This document shows, piece after piece, positions 56,534 to 64,000 of a stretch of DNA of 64,000 nucleotides. A program made the translations under genes and the position numbers. Numbering within the stretch: the first letter of the stretch is position 1; each line of letters begins with the position of its first letter. Under the pieces are notes generated by a model. That model saw only the letters and a list, made by a program, of their open reading frames with translations, had not been told where the DNA came from and ran no database searches. The DNA lies in the NCBI GenBank assembly GCA_041675145.1, contig JBAYUK010000001.1:220057-284056 (forward strand), written 5' to 3'. This stretch comes from Patescibacteria group bacterium. GTDB taxonomy: Bacteria; Patescibacteriota; JACPGU01.

Positions 56534-57282
56534 AACCCAATATCTGCGTTCTTATCACGGACGGCACCAACTGCGACACTGAGACTGCCTTCGCCTTCCA
56601 AAAGGCTGGCGGCAAGGTGAAAACCATCCACATCAACCAACTTCGTTCAGGACAAAAGAGCCTGAGAGACTTCCAGATCATCACCCTGCCAGGAGGATTC
56701 TCATACGGTGACGACATTGTCTCCGGAAAAATCCAGGCCATTGAGATGATCTCGTTTCTGAGTGAACAACTCAGAGAATTTATCAAAAAGAAAGGACTGA
56801 TCGTCGGAATCTGTAACGGATTCCAAATTCTGGTTCGCACGGGACTTCTGCCTTTTGGAGTGCAACGGTTAGGAAAGATGGATGCCACTCTTACCCACAA
56901 CGAGTCCGGGAAGTTCCAATGCCACCCTATCACAATGCGCGTTGAAAAAACTTCCTGCATTTTCACACAAGGAATGGAAGGGAAAACCATCGAGCTCCCA
57001 ATGGCACATGGAGAAGGAAGGTTCTTTGCAGAACCCCCAGCCATGGAGCGACTCCACAGCAACAACCTCGTGGTCCTGCGCTACACAGACAACCCAAATG
57101 GGAGCCTCGAGGACATCGCTGGTATCACTGATCCCAGCGGTCATATCCTTGGCCTCATGCCTCACCCTGAGCGCGCAGTGCGACCAGAGCTCAATGCAAA
57201 CTGGCGACGAGGCAACACCTTTCCTGACGGCCTCGCGTTCTTCCAAAACGCTGTCGCCTACGCAACAAAAAACCTCTCATAA
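56530..57282 (+). CDS. purQ: Phosphoribosylformylglycinamidine synthase glutaminase subunit PurQ
   Basis: GICNGFQIL Cys nucleophile, HGEGRF. ATGA overlap with purL. Confidence 0.85.
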   Translation: MKPNICVLITDGTNCDTETAFAFQKAGGKVKTIHINQLRSGQKSLRDFQIITLPGGFSYGDDIVSGKIQAIEMISFLSEQLREFIKKKGLIVGICNGFQILVRTGLLPFGVQRLGKMDATLTHNESGKFQCHPITMRVEKTSCIFTQGMEGKTIELPMAHGEGRFFAEPPAMERLHSNNLVVLRYTDNPNGSLEDIAGITDPSGHILGLMPHPERAVRPELNANWRRGNTFPDGLAFFQNAVAYATKNLS

Positions 57283-57305
57283 CGATCACACTATGTGTAG
57301 AAAAT

Positions 57306-57336
57306 TGAAGACCGGGCCACAAGCCCGGTCTTTTTG
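57306..57336. terminator. Bidirectional rho-independent terminator
   Basis: aagaccgggc-cacaa-gcccggtcttttt. Confidence 0.6.
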
Positions 57337-57359
57337 ATTTCCAAAAAAAACACTATCCT

Positions 57360-59147
57360 CTACTTCTTAAGCAGATCCAAGAACACATTACTCGGGATAT
57401 TAACCTTACCAAACATCTTCATCTTTTTCTTTCCCGCTTTCTGTTTTTTAAGTAACTTATCTTTTCTTGATCTATCTCCTCCATACAGGTACCCGGTTAC
57501 ATCTTTACGCATTGCCGACATGGATTCACGAGCAAGAATCCGTGACCCTATTGCCGCTTGGATAGATACCTCAAACATTTGGCGCGGGAGTAGCTCTTTG
57601 AGTTTTGCAACCATAGCTCGTCCTACTTCCTCTGCTTCTTCCTTTTCTACAATTTTTGCAAGCGTCTCGATGATATCTCCGGCAAGCAGGATATCCATTT
57701 TAACTAAGTCTCCTTCCCGCATACCAAGGTGCTCGTAGTTTAAAGAGGCATAGCCTGAAGAAACAGACTTCAGGTCGTCATAGAAGTCCATGATCATAGC
57801 AGCTAGCGGGATCTCAAACTTAATCAGTGTCTTGGTTTCATCCAAGTACGACATATCTTTATATATCCCACGGTAGCGGGATAACATCTCCATTACAGGA
57901 CCTACAAAGTCTTTGGGTACGAGAATTTCAGCCAACACCCATGGCTCTGCAACTGCCGTAATACGACTGGGGTCCGGGAAGTCAGCGGGGTTACTGGTTG
58001 AAAACATCGTGCCGTCCGAGAGCTCGATGTCGTACTCTACAGTAGGGCTGGTTACAATCAGGTCGAGGTCGTTTTCCCGTTCCAGCCGCTCTTTAATAAT
58101 ATCTAAGTGAAGCATCCCTAAAAAGCCACAACGGAACCCTAGCCCTAACGCGGGAGACTTCTCGTTAGTAGTGATTAATGAGGCATCATTCATTTTCAAT
58201 TTTGAGAGTCCATCGCGTAACCGAGCATAATCCGTACCGTCAGTTGGGTAGAGTCCCGCAAAGACCGTCGGTTTGGCTTTCTTGTATCCAGGAAGGCCTG
58301 GGGTAGTAGTCTTTTCTTTTTCCAGCATGACGGTATCTCCCACTGAAGCCAGCGAGACATCTTTCAGTGAAGTAACGATATATCCGATCTCGCCTGTCTT
58401 AATGCCATCGCTTTTACTCATGCGAGGACTAAAATATCCCACTTCAAGAGACTCAGTCGACTTATCTGCTGCTAGCATATACAGCTTCTGGTTAGCAACC
58501 AAGCTACCGGTGACCACGCGCACATAGGCAATAACCCCACGGTACGAGTCGTAGAGCGAATCAAAGATAAGCGCCTGCAGGTTGCCGTTTGGGTCTCCTT
58601 TAGGAGCAGGGATGCGTTCAATAACCGCTGCCAGCAACCCATCAATGTTCTGCCCAGTCTTAGCAGAGACAAAGATCATCTCAGACATATCGAAACCGAA
58701 TGTCTTGATGAGCTCGTGTGCCACCCGTTCAGGCTCGGCACCTGGTAAGTCAATCTTGTTTATAACTGGAATGAGCTTGAGTCCAATATCCTGCGCCTGG
58801 TAGGCGTTAGCCAGCGTTTGTGCCTGAATACCCTGCGCTGCATCTACTACCAGTAGTGCGCCTTCTACAGCGGCTAGAGACCGAGATACTTCATACTGGA
58901 AGTCTACATGCCCTGGGGTGTCGATCAGGTTTAAAATATATTTCTGGCCAGTAAGGGTATAGTGCATGCGAACAGGTGCCAGCTTGATAGTAATACCCTT
59001 TTCTCTTTCAAGATCCATGGAGTCTAAAAGCTGCGCCTGCATATCTCGTTTCTCGACCGTTCCGGTAAATTCCAAAAGCCGGTCGGCAAGCGTCGATTTC
59101 CCGTGATCAATATGAGCGATAATACAAAAATTGCGGATATTTTCCAT
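57360..59147 (-). CDS. lepA: Elongation factor 4 (LepA)
   Basis: NFCIIAHIDHGKSTLADRLL G-domain and LepA C-terminal domain. Confidence 0.9.
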   Translation of the reverse strand: MENIRNFCIIAHIDHGKSTLADRLLEFTGTVEKRDMQAQLLDSMDLEREKGITIKLAPVRMHYTLTGQKYILNLIDTPGHVDFQYEVSRSLAAVEGALLVVDAAQGIQAQTLANAYQAQDIGLKLIPVINKIDLPGAEPERVAHELIKTFGFDMSEMIFVSAKTGQNIDGLLAAVIERIPAPKGDPNGNLQALIFDSLYDSYRGVIAYVRVVTGSLVANQKLYMLAADKSTESLEVGYFSPRMSKSDGIKTGEIGYIVTSLKDVSLASVGDTVMLEKEKTTTPGLPGYKKAKPTVFAGLYPTDGTDYARLRDGLSKLKMNDASLITTNEKSPALGLGFRCGFLGMLHLDIIKERLERENDLDLIVTSPTVEYDIELSDGTMFSTSNPADFPDPSRITAVAEPWVLAEILVPKDFVGPVMEMLSRYRGIYKDMSYLDETKTLIKFEIPLAAMIMDFYDDLKSVSSGYASLNYEHLGMREGDLVKMDILLAGDIIETLAKIVEKEEAEEVGRAMVAKLKELLPRQMFEVSIQAAIGSRILARESMSAMRKDVTGYLYGGDRSRKDKLLKKQKAGKKKMKMFGKVNIPSNVFLDLLKK

Positions 59148-59212
59148 ATCTGGTGATTATACCAAAATTCAGAAAAAAAATAAGACCCACACCCCGGAGA
59201 GTGTGGGTCTTA

Positions 59213-60055
59213 TTACTTTTTCGTTCGTGAAACATGCGGGTACAGGGAATCGAGGTCCCTTGTTGTGAGGGCTATTTTTAGCCTATCCAGCGTATCTTGT
59301 TCGATTTGCCGGACACGTTCCCGCGTGACGCCAAGCTCAATACCAACTTCCTCGAGGGTCTTTTCTTCAACAATGCGCGACAAAATAATGAAGCGTCTTT
59401 TTGAATCTAGGTGAGCCAATGCTTTTCCGAGTAGTTCGGAGTCACTCTCAAGGATAAGTCCATTAGATAGGTCACCGAGATGCTCATCCTCTACGCAGTC
59501 GACCAATCGTGTTTTTTTCTCTCCGTCATAAACATAACTATCGAGTGGTATTGGAGTGCGTAAACGCTTTTGATTATCCCACCCTGCCAACTTCTTCTCA
59601 GATACACCGATACCTTCTGCAGTTTCTGGAGTAGTCGGAAAACGACCGTGTTCGCGACGAAACTTTTCTTGGAATGCCTTCACTTTCTGTATTCCTTTGT
59701 TAGTTTCGTATTTAACCATACCAGTCGAACGCAGATAGGTAAACGCGACATTGAAGGTGTTCTGGTAGGCGTAGGTATTGAATTGCAAGCCCATCTCAGG
59801 CTTGAAATGTCGGCGAGCAATATCAAGTAAGGCAAGGCTCGCAATCTGCTCGAACTCCTCCAGCGTGGGACGAACTGCCCCCATATCTGCCGCCACTCCA
59901 CTAAAAAAGAGTTTGTTAGCAGCCTTCATGATCACGCCGCGATTCTTCTTCAGGAGCAACTCTGCTGCATTGCGGTCGCCTGCGCGATACAGGGCAACGA
60001 GTTCTTCATTGCTCTGCATGACAGTATTTGCGAACTGCTTCTTCTTCAAATCCAT
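59213..60055 (-). CDS. RNA polymerase sigma factor, sigma-70 family (non-ECF, regions 2-4)
   Basis: Region 4 TLEEVGIELGVTRERVRQIEQDTLDRLK. ATG at 60055 with AAAGGAGG RBS. Confidence 0.75.
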   Translation of the reverse strand: MDLKKKQFANTVMQSNEELVALYRAGDRNAAELLLKKNRGVIMKAANKLFFSGVAADMGAVRPTLEEFEQIASLALLDIARRHFKPEMGLQFNTYAYQNTFNVAFTYLRSTGMVKYETNKGIQKVKAFQEKFRREHGRFPTTPETAEGIGVSEKKLAGWDNQKRLRTPIPLDSYVYDGEKKTRLVDCVEDEHLGDLSNGLILESDSELLGKALAHLDSKRRFIILSRIVEEKTLEEVGIELGVTRERVRQIEQDTLDRLKIALTTRDLDSLYPHVSRTKK

Positions 60056-60179
60056 CGCCTCCTTTGGTGTATTTTTTTTGCAACAGATACGAAATTTTCC
60101 AATTGTTAAGGATACTTCACTATACAACAAAAACAACTATTCTTCAATAGTTGTTGGGTATACACACCTAATAATTACA

Positions 60180-61760
60180 TTATTTCACAACCGGTTTAGA
60201 TCGCGTAATAAGTGCAACGAGCTTATCTGCCTCGCCTACCTTAAGAAGCGCAGATAGCAAGAGGTAAACAAAGATACCGACACCACCGGCAAACACCGTC
60301 TGAGTCATAAGGCCAATGGTAGTTAAGGTATTTACCAGTGGTGCTGTGAAGTACAACATTCCATACGCGGCAAGCCCTGCAACCGTACTCATAGCGATAT
60401 ATTTTCCGGCAGACAGGAACATAGCGTTAAAGTCGATAGCAGGAAAACGAGTACGCAGTGCGTAGAGCAGGCACATCATAGAAACAAAAGCGGCAATGGT
60501 TGAACCAAGAGCCAGACCTGCAACTCCTAAACCTAAGAAATGTGCAAAGAAAATTGAGGCGACGACATTTACCACCACATCAACGGCCGTAATCTTAAGA
60601 GGGGTTTTCGTATCATTGATGGCATAAAAGATTCGAGCCAAGAATGGAAGCAAGCCTTCTGCTACAAGGCCAAGCGCAAAATACCCAAAGGCACGAGAGG
60701 TACGCACTGTGTCTATAATATCAAAGAGGCCGGCACCAAGCACCAGACGCACAATCTGAGCGCGCAGAATCAAAGACAAGACCATGAGTGGAATCAGTAG
60801 GAAGACAATGAAGTTGAAGGTCTTCGTAAAGTGCAGGGCAAACATATCCGACTTCTTCTCGTTATATGCATAAGAAAGCAACGGGAACACCGAAGTGGCA
60901 AAAGAGAGCCCCACCAGTCCAATCGGAAGTGAAATAAGATTGTTAGCCAAGTGGATTACCGCGATACTTCCCTCCGTTAACCATGATCCAATAATCGTAT
61001 CTACAAAGATGTTAATTTGTGTGAGTCCTAACCCTAATGTCACGGGGATCATAAGAATCAGAATCTTTTTAAGGTGTGGGTCTTTGAAGTCAAAAACTGG
61101 CTTAAAACGGTACCCGACTGCAAGCAAGCTGGGAACTTGGACTAAAAAGTGTCCAGCCGCACCGATTACCACACCATACGCAAGGCCCTCTAGGCCGTAG
61201 CGCGGGACAAGGTAGAGTGCTCCAATAATAATTCCAATATTGTAGATAATAGGAGCAACTGAATAGACAAAGAACTTACCAAACACATTTAGCACTCCCC
61301 CTACAATAGAGGAAAGAGCGAAAAAGAGCGGGGAGAGCAACATAATACGCGTTAACCAGATTGTAGTTGCGAGTTGCTCGCCTGAGAACCCAGGAGTAAT
61401 AAGACGCACGAGCCACGGTGCAAAAATAAAAACTACCGTAAGTATTGCAATCAGTGAGATGGTTGCGACATTGCCGAAGTTGTTGACCACGCGCCACGCC
61501 TTCTTCTCGTCTTTAAAAACTAGACTGGAGAAGATAGGAATAAAGGCAGCAGAAAGGGCTCCTAGTATAAGGAGGTTAAAGATAAGATCTGGGATACGAA
61601 ACGCTGCATAGTAGCTATCCAGCTGATGCCCTGCTCCGAATTCACCAGCGAGTACTCGGTCACGGAAAAGACCCAGTACTCGGGAAATAAGAGAAGCAAC
61701 AGCAATTACTGCTGCGTTGCGACTGACTTGGCCTATTTTTGAGACAACTTTGCTATCCAT
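60180..61760 (-). CDS. murJ: Lipid II flippase MurJ (MviN)
   Basis: VASLISRVLGLFRDRVLAGEFGAG...DSYYAAFRIPD N-terminal signature, 14 TM. Confidence 0.85.
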   Translation of the reverse strand: MDSKVVSKIGQVSRNAAVIAVASLISRVLGLFRDRVLAGEFGAGHQLDSYYAAFRIPDLIFNLLILGALSAAFIPIFSSLVFKDEKKAWRVVNNFGNVATISLIAILTVVFIFAPWLVRLITPGFSGEQLATTIWLTRIMLLSPLFFALSSIVGGVLNVFGKFFVYSVAPIIYNIGIIIGALYLVPRYGLEGLAYGVVIGAAGHFLVQVPSLLAVGYRFKPVFDFKDPHLKKILILMIPVTLGLGLTQINIFVDTIIGSWLTEGSIAVIHLANNLISLPIGLVGLSFATSVFPLLSYAYNEKKSDMFALHFTKTFNFIVFLLIPLMVLSLILRAQIVRLVLGAGLFDIIDTVRTSRAFGYFALGLVAEGLLPFLARIFYAINDTKTPLKITAVDVVVNVVASIFFAHFLGLGVAGLALGSTIAAFVSMMCLLYALRTRFPAIDFNAMFLSAGKYIAMSTVAGLAAYGMLYFTAPLVNTLTTIGLMTQTVFAGGVGIFVYLLLSALLKVGEADKLVALITRSKPVVK

Positions 61761-61784
61761 GAAATATAGTATATCACGCTAAGA

Positions 61785-63581
61785 CTACAACTTCTGCAAC
61801 TCATAAAACTTCCGGTACAGGCCTTTCTTGTTCTTGATCAGCTCCTGATGTCTACCTACTTCTGCTATCCTGCCATCTTTTAAAACTATGATCTTATCTG
61901 CCTTACGCACGGTAGCCAGGCGGTGAGCAATAATAAAAGTAGTGCGACCCTTCATCAGAATATCCAAGGCCTGAGCGATAGCCCGCTCAGATGTCGCATC
62001 AAGCGCTGAAGTGGGTTCATCAAGTATAAGGATCCGTGGATCACGCAAGATTGCCCTGGCAATAGCAATGCGCTGCTTCTGACCTCCAGATAACTTAATG
62101 CCTCGCTCACCTACTACTTGGTTATATTGCTTCGGGAACTTCATAATAAACTCATGCGCGGCTGCCTTCTTAGTAGCCTCTATCACCTCTTTTTCTTTGG
62201 CCGTAAAACTACCGTACTTGATATTGTTCTTTACTGTGTCATTAAATAACAAGACTTCCTGGGGGACGATAGCAATCTGTGAGCGAATATCTTTCAGGTT
62301 AAGCTTCGTACTGTCAACGCCATCAATCTCTATTACCCCGTGCTGTGGTCTACTATACAGAGAAATGAGGTCAATCAAGGTAGATTTACCTACGCCCGAC
62401 TCACCAACCAGGGCAACGGTCTCACCAGGGGCAATACGAAATGACATGTTCTTAATAGTAGTATCTTTTTTCTTCCCATAACTAAATGAGACATTCTTAA
62501 AGACAATACTGCCCTGCATCTTTTTAAGCGAAATAGCATTGTCTGGCTCGTAGTCCTCGGATGGCGTTTGAAGAATTTTTTCTGCATCTTCGAGTGCTAA
62601 GATACCCGTCTGAAGCGTCTGCCAATTTTCTGCCAAGTTCACAAAGGGAGTAAAAATCATCGCAGAATATGCCGTAAAGACTGCAACTTCACCAATTGTC
62701 ATCTTATGGTTCCAGACAAAGTAGATGGCAATAGCGTAAATACCCAACTGAGCGATAGCAATAATGAGACCCTGGGAAAAACCCGCATTGCTATATACAT
62801 GCATGTATTTTGCATAGTACCCCACTGCCTTTTCAAACATCGTAACTACCGTCTTATTTTCGTGATCTTCGGCAACTGCTTGTTTAACTGACTGAACATT
62901 TGTTAACGAGTCATAAAAATAACCCCACGCCTTACGGTAGCTGTCCTGACCTTTTTTCTGGAAGTAGCGGATCTGCGCCATGACTCGCCATGAGATAATC
63001 GCATACAAGATTACCGAGAGCACAAGGAGGAACGAGAGGTAAGAGTTGAGCTTAAAGGCAAGAAAGAAGACAAAAAAGACACTTAAAAAACGAGGAGCAA
63101 GATCGACAAAAATAATACCGATCTGTTCATAGAGCCACCCAGCTGCTTTTTCTATTCTTCGAGCTGTTTCACCGATCTTATTCGTTTTATGATACGACAT
63201 CGGCATAGAAAGAAGATGCGCAAAGCCCTGCTTATAGCAGTCCGCCTCTACCTGCAGACGCAGGATCTGGCGTCTTTTAGACCGCTGCCAGGCGAGTACT
63301 TCCTCGGTAGCACGAATTGCAAACCAAAGAATTATCCACCAAATAATAGTAAACATAGTGATGCCAAACAAGGAGGTGGTGACTCCTGGTGCTAGCATTG
63401 AGTCAATAATCTTACCGGCAAAGTATGGGGAGATGGGACCTAAGGCCGCCGAAACCACAGCAAGAATAATCAGAAACCGAAGATTCTTCTTATGTAAGGC
63501 CACATACCGGTACATGATCGCAAGACCAGATAAGAGCTCTTTGCGTGAAAGTTGTTTGAATTTTTTTGTTTGTTGTGCCAT
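61785..63581 (-). CDS. ABC exporter, fused permease/ATPase (MsbA-like)
   Basis: 6 TM + GESGVGKST Walker A, LSGGQKQRIAIARA signature, ILILDEPTSALD. Confidence 0.85.
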   Translation of the reverse strand: MAQQTKKFKQLSRKELLSGLAIMYRYVALHKKNLRFLIILAVVSAALGPISPYFAGKIIDSMLAPGVTTSLFGITMFTIIWWIILWFAIRATEEVLAWQRSKRRQILRLQVEADCYKQGFAHLLSMPMSYHKTNKIGETARRIEKAAGWLYEQIGIIFVDLAPRFLSVFFVFFLAFKLNSYLSFLLVLSVILYAIISWRVMAQIRYFQKKGQDSYRKAWGYFYDSLTNVQSVKQAVAEDHENKTVVTMFEKAVGYYAKYMHVYSNAGFSQGLIIAIAQLGIYAIAIYFVWNHKMTIGEVAVFTAYSAMIFTPFVNLAENWQTLQTGILALEDAEKILQTPSEDYEPDNAISLKKMQGSIVFKNVSFSYGKKKDTTIKNMSFRIAPGETVALVGESGVGKSTLIDLISLYSRPQHGVIEIDGVDSTKLNLKDIRSQIAIVPQEVLLFNDTVKNNIKYGSFTAKEKEVIEATKKAAAHEFIMKFPKQYNQVVGERGIKLSGGQKQRIAIARAILRDPRILILDEPTSALDATSERAIAQALDILMKGRTTFIIAHRLATVRKADKIIVLKDGRIAEVGRHQELIKNKKGLYRKFYELQKL

Positions 63582-63596
63582 TTGTGTGTACCGATC

Positions 63597-63836
63597 CTAA
63601 GTATCGTAGTGTAATTTTAAAAACTCACTTTTTGTAATCTTAAGATCTCGAAGGTATTTACTCATCATACCAGCAGAGATCGTGCGCCCTGAGTGAAAAG
63701 ATATCGTTAAGATGAGGCCATACTGATTAATATATTGCCGGTGACTTCCTTTTTGTCGAATAAAAAAATAGCCGAGCTTATGTACGACCTTTTCCATATC
63801 CTTCGCAGTAAGACTTGGACTATGCTGGCTGGCCAT
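63597..63836 (-). CDS. hicA: HicA-family toxin (YcfA-like mRNA interferase)
   Basis: KVVHKLGYFFIRQKGSHRQY motif. Confidence 0.6.
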   Translation of the reverse strand: MASQHSPSLTAKDMEKVVHKLGYFFIRQKGSHRQYINQYGLILTISFHSGRTISAGMMSKYLRDLKITKSEFLKLHYDT

Positions 63837-64000
63837 GAAGCTCTTCTGTATGTTTTTTTATGTTTTGAATGACCGTCTGAGAAAGCTCCTGGCGCACTTC
63901 AAGGCAAAGTGTAATTACTTCTGCAATATGCTTCAACGCTTCTTTCTTTGTCTTCCCGTCTGCATAACACCCTTGGAGAAGTGGGCATTCAGCAATGTAA
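63820..64000 (-). CDS. hicB: HicB-family antitoxin, 5'-partial (runs off the window end)
   Basis: Minus-strand frame reads ...AECPLLQGCYADGKTKKEALKHIAEVITLCLEV... and stops overlapping the hicA start. Confidence 0.5.
   Translation of the reverse strand, partial: YIAECPLLQGCYADGKTKKEALKHIAEVITLCLEVRQELSQTVIQNIKKHTEELHGQPA

Overview
This is a 64 kb chromosomal segment from a small-genome bacterium. Most genes are on the minus strand, the sequence is AT-rich with several GC-richer blocks, and TTG/GTG starts occur repeatedly. I could not assign taxonomy from sequence alone. Housekeeping content includes rpsA, rpsP-KH-trmD, secG, thrS, miaA, priA, uvrB, uvrC, lepA, murJ, purL/purQ, pyrE-like/pyrF, ndk, xerC/D, an ECF sigma module and six tRNAs (Leu-TAA, Val-TAC, Phe-GAA, Leu-GAG, Gly-GCC, Cys-GCA). 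The standout is a complete diversity-generating retroelement (DGR) at about 20.4-23.2 kb. It has a reverse transcriptase with the DGR-specific IGNLTSQ and YTDD motifs, an Avd accessory gene resembling Bordetella bAvd that is divergent from the RT, and a 118-bp template repeat (TR). The matching variable repeat (VR) lies at the 3' end of a target gene and differs from the TR only at TR adenines (15 of 15 substitutions). The RT is interrupted by a frameshift inside a (TC)12 dinucleotide microsatellite, which could be a phase-variable switch, a decaying element, or an assembly error. The DGR, a YafQ/DinJ toxin-antitoxin pair and a NYN-domain gene sit as an island between uvrC and uvrB. Other accessory content includes RelE/Phd, an orphan MazF, HicA/HicB at the window edge, a 1302-aa secreted beta-helix surface protein, an overlapping CYTH/P-loop ATPase gene pair, and several unexplained structured noncoding regions. 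All calls are from reading the sequence and recalled family signatures. No database searches were run.
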